A DNA stretch of 14,449 bases from a virus (taxonomy: Duplodnaviria; Heunggongvirae; Uroviricota; Caudoviricetes). Shown here piece by piece: positions 1 through 7,726 of the stretch. The notes below the pieces were generated by a model, which searched no databases, was not told the DNA's origin, and saw only the letters and a program-made list of their open reading frames with translations. A program made the position numbers and the translations under genes. Each line of letters starts with the position of its first letter. Positions within the stretch are counted from its first letter, which is position 1. The stretch lies in IMG/VR virus record IMGVR_UViG_2875713109_000007. One strand, given 5' to 3'.

Positions 1-750
1 TCAGTCAATTGTTTTGTTTATTCCATCTGTGACGCCGATTATTTTCTCAAAATAATGAGATGGCGTGACACCATAATAATCTTTAAATGCACATATGAAA
101 TATGAAGTACTGTTATAGCCACATTTCTGGGCTACGACATTGATAGAATAAGAGTTTGAAGTTATGAGTTTTTTTGCATACCTCATCCTAGTATCTCTCA
201 ATATTTCAGTAAATGACGTTCCTTCATCCCTTAATCTTTTTTTTATTAAACTTTCACTCGTATAAATCAATTCCGCAATATCTTTTAAATGCCATTGCCG
301 CTCAATATTAAAACTGATTATTCCAGTAATTTTACAGGTAAATGTATTTATATTTGTTAGTATAAAAGAATTTACACTTTCGCGTTTTTTGAACATGGCA
401 AGTAAGGATATACATAGTCTTTCTTTTAACCAAAGGGAGTGTGAGTCTGCTATTTTAATCCCTTCAAACAGAGAAAAAACAAGCGATAATGGAGGTTCCT
501 CTTCAGCAATATAGCCATTCTTATCAAGAGTAAATTTGCCAGGCAGCTCATTATTCACGTCGATAAAAAAGGATAAACAAGTTTTCTTATCTATATCAAC
601 AATTCTTAGTTTAGAGGGGCATACTGGTAACTCCCTTCTAATTTTGTCGCTTACAATAAACAATGAATTTTTTTTGAACGAGATAACTCTCCTGTTTATA
701 ATTAAATCAAATGATTGACAGATGAAAACTACGGAGCAAACATAATCCAT
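1..750 (-). CDS. appY: AraC/XylS-family transcriptional activator, AppY-like, 249 aa
   Basis: Complete minus-strand ORF, ATG at 750-748 and TGA at 3-1. C-terminal AraC-type HTH region (…[29 protein letters not shown]). Length and N-terminus ([14 protein letters not shown]…) match my recollection of AppY; adjacent to tfaX/ybcY as in DLP12. Confidence 0.8.
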
Positions 751-1340
751 CTTGCACCTATCATAAAATTAAAACAAGTTGATAGCAGTCAAATAACAAC
801 CAATTAAATACACAATCATAATCAGGATGATGTGCATTTATATTTTTATACACAAAATTATAGTTTGCAAATTTTAATAAATTTCATTTAAGATTAAATT
901 ATTATATGTATATTGTTTTTTATTCTAACGTATTTCAAAGTTACATTTTTCAACGCTTACTATACTTTTTATTAACATAAACTCACTACAACGCACCTGA
1001 AACCTCTTGCTATATATATGTCAACCGTTTGAATTTAAAATAAAAAGAGTATCATTTTTACTTGCATTTCTTATCAAGTCACATTCAACAACAGTAAAAA
1101 AACATTATTAGAACCATTCAATTAACAAAAAAACCAACATCCAGCTTGCTTAATTTTTCTTTATTAAACGATATTGAAAATCAATTGATAAAATACATCT
1201 AAACAACCTTTTGGGGCGCAAAAGCATAACATCAAACAAATAACACACCGAAAAAACTCACAATTAATAACCTATGATATACATACTGTTTATTATGGTT
1301 GAATAAGCCACTCGATATCTGGTGCTACGGAAGTGTCCAC

Positions 1341-1450
1341 ACGGTTTAGCAGCACCCGATACTTTTTTCAGGCTTCCAGCAACGATCTTTCTTCCTCCGT
1401 TGCGATTTCCAGATCTACAGCATCCTGCAGTGGCGCAATATACTCACTGA
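1341..1450. repeat. Direct repeat copy 1 (tfa 3' region), about 88% identical to 4112-4221
   Basis: Hand alignment of 110 bp gives about 13 mismatches and no gaps; same orientation as copy 2. Confidence 0.8.
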
Positions 1451-1553
1451 ATTCCTGGATGTAGAACTGTGTGGTGACGGTCTTCCAGCTATTCGGCTCC
1501 TGCTGTATTGAAGCATACCAGGCTATTTCAATATCGCTATGCTGCGGCAGCAT
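1368..1553 (-). pseudogene. tfaX: Tail fiber assembly protein remnant, 61 aa, ended by an in-frame TGA
   Basis: ATG at 1553-1551 preceded by AAGGGG. The C-terminal part (…[23 protein letters not shown]) is homologous to the Tfa C-terminus encoded at 4064-4639. TGA at 1370-1368 replaces the TGG (Trp) of the paralog, and the frame continues [24 protein letters not shown] to a TAA near 1294-1292. Confidence 0.65.
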
Positions 1554-1609
1554 TTAACCCCTTGTAATTCATTGCCATAATTGATCTAATTCACAAATAA
1601 AACTATAAC

Positions 1610-2278
1610 ATGGTGAAATTAATGAAAAAAAACACAGATGATGGGGCTAAAATTTACACACCACTTACCCTAAAGCTTTATGACTGGTGGGTTTTGGGAG
1701 TATCAAATCGGCTTGCATGGGGATGTCCTACAAAGGAACACCTTCTTCCACACTTTCTGGAACATTTAGGTAACAACCATCTGGATATTGGTGTTGGAAC
1801 TGGGTTTTACCTTACTCACGTACCTGAGAGTAGTCTGATATCTTTAATGGATTTGAACGAAGCTAGCCTGAACGCGGCATCTACAAGGGCTGGGGAATCA
1901 AAAATTAAACATAAAATTAACCATGATGTTTTTGAACCTTATCCCGCGGCGTTACATGGTCAATTTGATTCCATTTCCATGTTTTACCTTCTTCACTGCC
2001 TGCCTGGAAATATATCTACAAAAAGCTGTGTAATACGCAATGCGGCGCAGGCCTTAACTGACGATGGAACTCTATACGGAGCCACAATTCTTGGCGATGG
2101 AGTTGTGCACAATAGCTTCGGTCAAAAACTGATGCGCATTTACAATCAGAAAGGCATCTTTTCAAACACAAAAGATTCCGAAGAAGGCTTAACACATATA
2201 CTCTCAGAGCATTTCGAGAATGTTAAAACCAAGGTTCAAGGTACTGTAGTAATGTTTTCCGCTTCAGGGAAAAAATAG
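1610..2278 (+). CDS. ybcY: Class I SAM-dependent methyltransferase, 222 aa
   Basis: ATG at 1610, TAG at 2276-2278. Glycine-rich SAM-binding motif I (LDIGVGTGF) followed by an acidic residue motif (LMDLNE). Position between tfaX and the tail module matches DLP12 ybcY as I recall it. Confidence 0.75.
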   Translation: MVKLMKKNTDDGAKIYTPLTLKLYDWWVLGVSNRLAWGCPTKEHLLPHFLEHLGNNHLDIGVGTGFYLTHVPESSLISLMDLNEASLNAASTRAGESKIKHKINHDVFEPYPAALHGQFDSISMFYLLHCLPGNISTKSCVIRNAAQALTDDGTLYGATILGDGVVHNSFGQKLMRIYNQKGIFSNTKDSEEGLTHILSEHFENVKTKVQGTVVMFSASGKK

Positions 2279-2285
2279 CATCCAA

Positions 2286-2324
2286 CCGCAGCACGTTCTT
2301 GCATAAGGCGTGTCTGCGGTTTTT
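2286..2324 (+). terminator. Rho-independent terminator downstream of ybcY
   Basis: Stem CCGCAGCACG (2286-2295) pairs with CGTG-T-CTGCGG (2309-2319), followed by TTTTT (2320-2324). Confidence 0.6.
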
Positions 2325-2643
2325 CAACTATTCAGATACATCACTCCCATCACATTCATTCCTCCGCATCATAGGCATATAGGCTATATCACCTTGATAT
2401 TTTTCTTCTTCAGATAAAAACTGTTATCTATGTATACTTTTAAACCCAATCCGTGTAGAGTCTCTGCATAAGATAGTTTGCAGTTGCCACTTCAGCTTGC
2501 GCCATAAACCGCCTGATTTTTGCTGCCACCTGTTAGCATTCCTGTATACCTGAAACGACAATGTTTATCTACGAACTTTAAGAACCCCCAGGATAAAAAT
2601 TGTCAACTATATCATATATAACACATTACTAATTCGAGGCTAT

Positions 2644-2757
2644 ATGAACAGCATACTGATAATCACTTCGCTCCTTATCATATTCAGCATTTTTAGTCAT
2701 GCGCTAATAAAATTAGGGATTGGCATATCCAATAACCCAGACAAAACCGATGTATAA
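2644..2757 (+). CDS. Hypothetical 37-aa hydrophobic (single-TM-like) small protein
   Basis: ATG at 2644 preceded by GAGG (2636-2639). Translation [37 protein letters not shown] is a hydrophobic stretch of about 23 residues with a polar tail; TAA at 2755-2757. Too short for the ORF track, so no homology support. Confidence 0.35.
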
Positions 2758-2825
2758 GTCAACATATCCTGAATCAGACATACAATATCGCAATGAAAAT
2801 CAATAATATTTTAAGGAATATCTTC

Positions 2826-3059
2826 ATGAAATCAAAAGACACCCTAAAGTGGTTCCCTGCGCAGCTTCCTGAAGTAAGAATTATCCTAGGGGATGCTGTA
2901 GTGGAAGTAGCAAAACAGGGAAGACCTATCAATACCAGAACATTGCTTGATTACATTGAAGGAAACATAAAGAAAAAATCATGGCTGGATAACAAAGAAT
3001 TATTACAAACAGCGATATCAGTTCTTAAAGACAACCAAAATTTAAATGGTAAAATGTAA
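2826..3059 (+). CDS. Small hypothetical protein, 77 aa, possibly YdfK/YnaE-family (tentative)
   Basis: ATG at 2826 with AAGGA SD (2813-2817) at 8-nt spacing; the track's upstream start at 2793 lacks an SD. Lies immediately upstream of the Pin invertase on the same strand, as ydfK does relative to pinQ and ynaE to pinR in my recollection. Family assignment is from context and length, not verified sequence identity. Confidence 0.5.
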   Translation: MKSKDTLKWFPAQLPEVRIILGDAVVEVAKQGRPINTRTLLDYIEGNIKKKSWLDNKELLQTAISVLKDNQNLNGKM

Positions 3060-3375
3060 TATAATAAACTTACTTTTTTATCATTTTTCCACTTTAACAA
3101 CATTTTGCTCCACTTTTCCACGACCAAACAACTTGAAATCTGGTTAAAATAACACGCAACACTATTCTTCTTCCTTGAGTCCGCCCGGAACTCGAAAAAC
3201 AAACCGAGTTAAAGCCATTTTTCACAAAATCGATTTTGGGTCTCACCAAAATTACGGGGTTGCATACGCATTCGTTTATTTTCGAACGTGTACATACAAA
3301 TATGCACAAAAATAATCATAATTATTTTCTGAGATGCATTATGATATGAACACCAATTTCGTATAGAGTCTCACT

Positions 3376-3966
3376 ATGTCTCAAATTTTTGCTTACTGTC
3401 GGATATCAACGCTGGATCAGACCACCGAAAATCAACGCCGGGAAATCGAAAGTGCAGGTTTTAAAATCAAACCTCAGCAAATAATCGAAGAACACATTAG
3501 CGGCTCAGCAGCAACCAGTGAGCGTCCTGGTTTTAACCGGTTGCTTGCTCGCCTGAAATGTGGTGATCAATTGATTGTGACAAAACTGGATCGCCTTGGT
3601 TGTAATGCAATGGATATCAGGAAAACAGTGGAACAACTGACCGAAACAGGTATCAGAGTGCATTGCTTAGCATTGGGGGGCATTGACCTGACCAGTCCAA
3701 CAGGAAAAATGATGATGCAAGTAATTTCAGCAGTCGCTGAATTTGAACGAGACCTTTTACTTGAACGCACTCATTCCGGGATAGTAAGAGCCCGCGGCGC
3801 AGGGAAACGTTTTGGTCGACCACCTGTGTTAAATGAAGAACAGAAACAGGCGGTATTCGAACGAATTAAGTCAGGTGTAAGTATAAGTGCCATTGCCCGG
3901 GAATTCAAAACCTCGCGGCAAACCATTTTAAGAGCCAAAGCAAAACTTCAGACACCTGACATATAA
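3376..3966 (+). CDS. pin: Pin-family serine DNA invertase (PinQ/PinR-like), 196 aa
   Basis: ATG at 3376, TAA at 3964-3966. N-terminal serine-recombinase catalytic domain (YCRISTLDQ with the catalytic Ser; [18 protein letters not shown]) and C-terminal HTH ([20 protein letters not shown]). Convergent with a tfa/tail-fiber remnant, as in Qin/Rac. Confidence 0.85.
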   Translation: MSQIFAYCRISTLDQTTENQRREIESAGFKIKPQQIIEEHISGSAATSERPGFNRLLARLKCGDQLIVTKLDRLGCNAMDIRKTVEQLTETGIRVHCLALGGIDLTSPTGKMMMQVISAVAEFERDLLLERTHSGIVRARGAGKRFGRPPVLNEEQKQAVFERIKSGVSISAIAREFKTSRQTILRAKAKLQTPDI

Positions 3967-4063
3967 AAAATAATCTCGGTGTGAGATGCTTTACGTCTTC
4001 CAAGCCCCCTTCCTTGCCGTAAATGGAAAGATACATCTAATTATAGAATTTATATGTTTTACC

Positions 4064-4639
4064 CTACGGCAGTGCTGGCCATTCAATATCCTGTGCAGTT
4101 GACGTATCAACACGGTTCAGCAATACCCGATACTTTTTCCATGCTTCCAGCAACGAGATTTCTTCCTCCGTTGCAATTTCCAGATCTGCAGCATCCTGAA
4201 GCGGCGCAATATGCTCACTGGCTACCTGCATCAGGTTGTTTTTTGTTTCTTCCGCCTCCCGGATCCGGAACAGTTTTTCTGCTTCCGTATCCTTCACCCA
4301 GGCTGTGCCGTTCCACTTCTGAAACTCCCCTTCCGGCGATAACCAGGTAACATTTTTCGGTAACGGACCGAGTTCAGAAATAAATAACGCGTCGCCGGAA
4401 GCCACGTCATAAACCGTTTTACCCCGATGATCTTCAACGAGATGCCACGATGCCTCATCACTGTTGAAAACAGCCACAAAGCCAGCAGGAATATCTGGTG
4501 GTGCAATATCGGTACTGTTTGCTGGCAGACCTGTATGAGGCGGAATATATGCGTCACCTTCACCAATAAATTCATTAGTTCCGGCCAGCAGATTATAAAT
4601 TTTTATGGTCCGTGGTTGTTCACTCATTCTGAATGCCAT
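4064..4639 (-). CDS. tfa: Tail fiber assembly protein (Tfa), 191 aa
   Basis: ATG at 4639-4637 ([20 protein letters not shown]…), TAG at 4066-4064. Strongly resembles lambda/e14 Tfa as I recall it. Confidence 0.8.
   Translation of the reverse strand: MAFRMSEQPRTIKIYNLLAGTNEFIGEGDAYIPPHTGLPANSTDIAPPDIPAGFVAVFNSDEASWHLVEDHRGKTVYDVASGDALFISELGPLPKNVTWLSPEGEFQKWNGTAWVKDTEAEKLFRIREAEETKNNLMQVASEHIAPLQDAADLEIATEEEISLLEAWKKYRVLLNRVDTSTAQDIEWPALP
4112..4221. repeat. Direct repeat copy 2 (tfa 3' region), paired with 1341-1450
   Basis: See copy 1. Confidence 0.8.
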
Positions 4640-4897
4640 TATGCAAGCCGCGATGTTTTTGACGGTGTTTTCCGCGTTACCAGCAGCGTTAACGGTGATG
4701 GTGTGTCCATGTGAACCAATCGCAACGGAGTGCGTATGAGCACCAATACCGACAGTATGCGCGTGTGCACCTGCAGATGCTGCTGTGCCGGACAGTGAAT
4801 GGCTATGATTACCATCTGTACTGGTATTCGCTAACCACCCCGTAGACATACCTACTGAGCCTTGTACACCCGTTGTTAACTTATCCATGGATTTCAT
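4640..4897 (-). pseudogene. Side tail fiber C-terminal tip fragment, fused in frame to tfa
   Basis: Encodes …[55 protein letters not shown], a His-box tail-fiber tip like the lambda Stf C-terminus. No stop before the tfa ATG. Possible own start at ATG 4897-4895 with GAGGTG SD. The 5' constant part of the fiber gene is absent; the N-terminal boundary is uncertain, and the track's 4942 start is a TTG. Confidence 0.55.
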
Positions 4898-5032
4898 AAC
4901 CCCACCTCGCAGACAAAGCGGGTGTAAATTGAGGGAATACAACGTATCGCAAAAAAGCAGAAACGTAACAGACTCGGAGTCAGTGAATAACTCAGGTATT
5001 GGGTTATCAGCTAATATCGAGACTCAAAAAAT

Positions 5033-5058
5033 GGAAAAACCCGCTCGACGGCGGGTTT
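5033..5058 (-). terminator. Putative rho-independent terminator, minus-strand orientation
   Basis: GC stem CCCGC (5040-5044) pairs with GCGGG (5051-5055), extended by A-T pairs. On the minus-strand RNA the stem is followed by UUUUUCC; on the plus strand only UUU follows. Confidence 0.45.
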
Positions 5059-5392
5059 AAGCTGTGTGACGAAGTAACCACTCTTAACAGCATAACCAAT
5101 TTTTTACGTACGTAAACCACAAAATGATATTTGCGAGAATGCTACCGAGTATTGAAAACACCACTACAAATACATAAGCAAATCTCAACAAATAACCAAC
5201 AAATAATTTCCAGTGTTATTTTTAGCCGATTTAAATTGAACCTTCAAATTACAGAGCACTTATAAATAACAGCCGTTAATATAAATTGGCTAATAGATTT
5301 ATTTTTATTCAGCCAAGATCCATGAATAGGATTCGATAGAAAAAAGTTCAGATAAAAATAGAGATCTACTTCACAAATCAAACGAGAAACCA

Positions 5393-5412
5393 AAACTTAC
5401 ATCTTGAAATAA
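5393..5412 (+). promoter_or_regulatory. OmpR-box-like motif upstream of the porin gene (tentative)
   Basis: ACTTACATCTTGAAAT resembles the ompC OmpR site TTTACATTTTGAAAC that I recall. It lies about 85 bp upstream of the nmpC ATG in an AT-rich leader. Confidence 0.25.
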
Positions 5413-5486
5413 TCACATTGATTAGATGAATATTTATCGCGCAGTGACATCATTTTTTAATAATAGTTCAAAAAAAAGGGCTCACG

Positions 5487-6569
5487 ATGAAAAAATTAAC
5501 AGTGGCAATTTCTGCTGTAGCTGCATCAGTACTGATGGCGATGTCTGCTCAGGCAGCTGAAATTTATAATAAAGACAGTAACAAGCTGGATCTATATGGG
5601 AAAGTTAATGCCAAGCACTACTTCTCCTCTAATGATGCAGATGATGGTGATACTACTTATGCCCGTCTTGGCTTCAAAGGTGAAACCCAAATCAACGATC
5701 AACTGACTGGTTTCGGTCAGTGGGAATATGAATTCAAAGGCAACCGCGCTGAATCTCAAGGCTCCTCCAAAGACAAAACCCGTCTTGCATTTGCAGGCCT
5801 GAAATTCGGGGACTACGGCTCAATCGATTACGGCCGTAACTACGGTGTAGCATATGACATCGGTGCGTGGACTGACGTTCTGCCAGAATTCGGTGGCGAT
5901 ACCTGGACCCAAACAGATGTGTTCATGACTGGTCGCACCACTGGTGTTGCAACTTATCGTAACAACGACTTCTTTGGTCTGGTTGATGGTCTGAACTTTG
6001 CTGCTCAGTATCAGGGTAAAAATGACCGCACTGACGTAACTGAAGCTAATGGTGATGGTTTCGGTTTCTCCACTACTTATGAGTATGAAGGATTCGGTGT
6101 AGGTGCAACCTATGCTAAATCTGACCGCACTAATAATCAGGTTATCTACGGTAACAACAGCCTGAATGCATCTGGTCAAAATGCTGAAGTATGGGCAGCT
6201 GGTCTGAAATATGATGCGAACAACATCTATCTGGCTACCACCTATTCTGAAACCCAGAACATGACTGTTTTTGGTAATAACCATATTGCCAACAAAGCAC
6301 AAAACTTCGAAGTAGTTGCACAATATCAGTTCGACTTCGGTCTGCGTCCGTCCGTTGCTTACCTGCAATCTAAAGGAAAAGACTTGGGTGCGTGGGGTGA
6401 TCAGGACCTGGTTGAATATATTGATGTAGGTGCAACCTATTACTTCAACAAAAATATGTCCACTTTTGTTGATTACAAAATCAACCTGATTGATAAGAGC
6501 GATTTCACGAAAGCATCTGGCGTTGCTACCGATGATATCGTTGCTGTAGGTATGGTTTACCAGTTCTAA
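5487..6569 (+). CDS. nmpC: Outer membrane general porin (OmpC/OmpF/NmpC family), 360 aa, intact
   Basis: ATG at 5487 with AAGGG SD; signal peptide [29 protein letters not shown]; porin hallmarks and C-terminal …VGMVYQF; TAA at 6567-6569. Uninterrupted, with no IS sequence. Confidence 0.9.
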   Translation: MKKLTVAISAVAASVLMAMSAQAAEIYNKDSNKLDLYGKVNAKHYFSSNDADDGDTTYARLGFKGETQINDQLTGFGQWEYEFKGNRAESQGSSKDKTRLAFAGLKFGDYGSIDYGRNYGVAYDIGAWTDVLPEFGGDTWTQTDVFMTGRTTGVATYRNNDFFGLVDGLNFAAQYQGKNDRTDVTEANGDGFGFSTTYEYEGFGVGATYAKSDRTNNQVIYGNNSLNASGQNAEVWAAGLKYDANNIYLATTYSETQNMTVFGNNHIANKAQNFEVVAQYQFDFGLRPSVAYLQSKGKDLGAWGDQDLVEYIDVGATYYFNKNMSTFVDYKINLIDKSDFTKASGVATDDIVAVGMVYQF

Positions 6570-6584
6570 TTTGATTACTAAAAG

Positions 6585-6640
6585 ATATGTTGCGGGAGGC
6601 TTTGCCTCCCCAACATATAAGTGGCTCCCTCAAGCCACTT
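6585..6640. repeat. Two adjacent stem-loops just downstream of the porin gene
   Basis: Hairpin 1: ATATGTTGCGGGAGGC-TTT-GCCTCCCCAACATAT (6585-6618). Hairpin 2: AAGTGGCT-CCCTCA-AGCCACTT (6619-6640). No U-run follows either. Confidence 0.5.
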
Positions 6641-6700
6641 CCTTTAGGAGCACAACCTTGCTTCTAACTATATAAACCTTCTGTTATATATTACCCTTTA

Positions 6701-6730
6701 TTTTTGGGGGCGTTGCAACGCCCCATTTTT
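6701..6730 (+). terminator. Rho-independent terminator for nmpC
   Basis: Perfect palindrome GGGGCGTTG/CAACGCCCC (6706-6724) followed by ATTTTT (6725-6730). On the minus strand the stem is flanked by A-runs, so it is plus-oriented. Confidence 0.65.
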
Positions 6731-6757
6731 AATAATTTTTAGTAAACAATTGGCATA

Positions 6758-7141
6758 TTAATTAGAGTTATTAACAACGATATCCATCTCTAACCGGATA
6801 TCTAATGCCATTAACATCCCTTCAATTATGCCCTCAGCCTTCTGTAACCTTTTCCCGATATAACCATCAGAGCAGCAATGCTTACCTGCCAGTGACATGA
6901 ATGTCATACCGACTACATAATAATCTACTAATAAATCGTGCAAATCGCTGTTGTTCTTTTTCAGACGGGCCATGCACCCGCAAATAATCATCGCGTCATC
7001 GTCACAACATTGCGGGCGAGATTTTACTTTTGAAGTAATTAATCCCTTAAAACCGGCGGCAATGGACGACCAGGTCACATCTTCATGATTATTAGCCGCC
7101 CACGCTCCCCAACGCTCAAGAACCATCTGAATATCACGCAT
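6758..7141 (-). CDS. quuD: Lambdoid late-gene antiterminator Q homolog, 127 aa
   Basis: ATG at 7141-7139 ([18 protein letters not shown]…) with GGAG SD; the track's upstream start at 7156 is a TTG. TAA at 6760-6758. Cys-rich region [16 protein letters not shown]. Matches my recollection of DLP12 QuuD. Confidence 0.8.
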   Translation of the reverse strand: MRDIQMVLERWGAWAANNHEDVTWSSIAAGFKGLITSKVKSRPQCCDDDAMIICGCMARLKKNNSDLHDLLVDYYVVGMTFMSLAGKHCCSDGYIGKRLQKAEGIIEGMLMALDIRLEMDIVVNNSN

Positions 7142-7226
7142 CAACTTACTCCACAAAAATCAGACCAGAACGCCAATTACAAGCAAAAATCAACAAAACA
7201 GTATTAGTTGATTGTTATCTCTGACT

Positions 7227-7349
7227 TCATACTCCTGCTCCTGTCAGGGTTTTGGCGTAATTCTTCAGTATTCGGTAATCGGTCAAAACAGAACCGGGGA
7301 AACGATATAAGCGCAGATGCCCCCAGCGGTGGCGAAGAAGTTCTGCCAT
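7227..7349 (-). CDS. Small basic hypothetical ORF, 40 aa, in the position of ylcG (tentative)
   Basis: ATG at 7349-7347, 14 nt after the rusA stop; translation MAELLRHRWGHLRLYRFPGSVLTDYRILKNYAKTLTGAGV; TGA at 7229-7227. No clear SD. Supported only by position between rusA and the Q gene. Confidence 0.25.
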   Translation of the reverse strand: MAELLRHRWGHLRLYRFPGSVLTDYRILKNYAKTLTGAGV

Positions 7350-7363
7350 ATAAAACTCAAACA

Positions 7364-7726
7364 TCATTCATTCCCCATTTCGGTGATGGTCAGTTCCAGC
7401 CTCCCACCTTTGGTAACAGGCATCTTCACAACGCGGTAATCAACGACCTGAGCATCATCCAGCCAGAAACCTGCTTTGGTGAGTGCGTCAAAAGCGGCTT
7501 TTTGCAGATTATCCAGGTCACGGCGACGGCGATCCGGCATGTGGCACTCAATGCGGATTTTCACAGGCATAGCCAGGCCGATATCCAGCATTGCGTTTTT
7601 AATGATTCGGGCGACGTTATCGCGGTATGCCTGCCCCTCTGCACTGACGTGCGTGCGCCCGCGATTATGGCGGTAATAGCGATTATTGCTCGGAGGCCAG
7701 GGTAATGTGATACTGTAGGTATTCAC
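7364..7726 (-). CDS. rusA: Holliday junction resolvase RusA, 120 aa
   Basis: GTG start at 7726-7724 with [27 protein letters not shown]… matches RusA as I recall it; TGA at 7366-7364. Confidence 0.9.
   Translation of the reverse strand: MNTYSITLPWPPSNNRYYRHNRGRTHVSAEGQAYRDNVARIIKNAMLDIGLAMPVKIRIECHMPDRRRRDLDNLQKAAFDALTKAGFWLDDAQVVDYRVVKMPVTKGGRLELTITEMGNE

Noticed and set aside
536-718. 60-aa plus-strand ORF
   Set aside because: Lies entirely antisense within the well-supported appY coding region; low-complexity, AT-driven reading frame.
2793-2825. Upstream alternative start (ATG 2793) of the 77-aa ORF
   Set aside because: No SD upstream of 2793, whereas ATG 2826 has AAGGA at 8-nt spacing; the shorter form is preferred.
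2951-3309. Minus-strand ORFs of 83 and 71 aa
   Set aside because: They overlap or run antisense to the 77-aa ORF and its AT-rich flank, with no SD and low-complexity translations; likely spurious.
2445-3373. Imperfect direct repeat CCCAAT-CCGTGTAGAGTCTC (2445-2464) and ACCAATTTCGTATAGAGTCTC (3353-3373), bracketing the small-ORF cassette and ending 2 bp before the pin ATG
   Set aside because: Core is only 12/13 identical. A rough estimate gives dozens of such near-matches by chance in a 14-kb window, and neither copy has dyad symmetry expected of a serine-recombinase site. Kept only as a possible duplication remnant.
3060-3375. Possible hix/gix-like site near CTTGAAATCTGGTTAAAATAA upstream of pin
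   Set aside because: Only a partial resemblance to half-sites, no dyad symmetry, and no inverted partner found; insufficient to call a crossover site.
3567-3770. 67-aa minus-strand ORF
   Set aside because: Antisense inside the pin coding sequence.
4054-4714. Three ORFs (98, 93, 95 aa) overlapping the tfa region
   Set aside because: Shadow frames of the strongly supported tfa and tail-fiber-tip gene; Pro/Ser/Arg-rich translations typical of off-frame reading.
4898-4942. Track ORF start at 4942 for the tail-fiber fragment
   Set aside because: That start is a TTG with no SD; the 5' stretch ([15 protein letters not shown]) does not look like tail-fiber sequence. The ATG at 4897 with GAGGTG is the more plausible start if the fragment is expressed at all.
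5820-6368. 182-aa minus-strand ORF
   Set aside because: Antisense within the porin gene.
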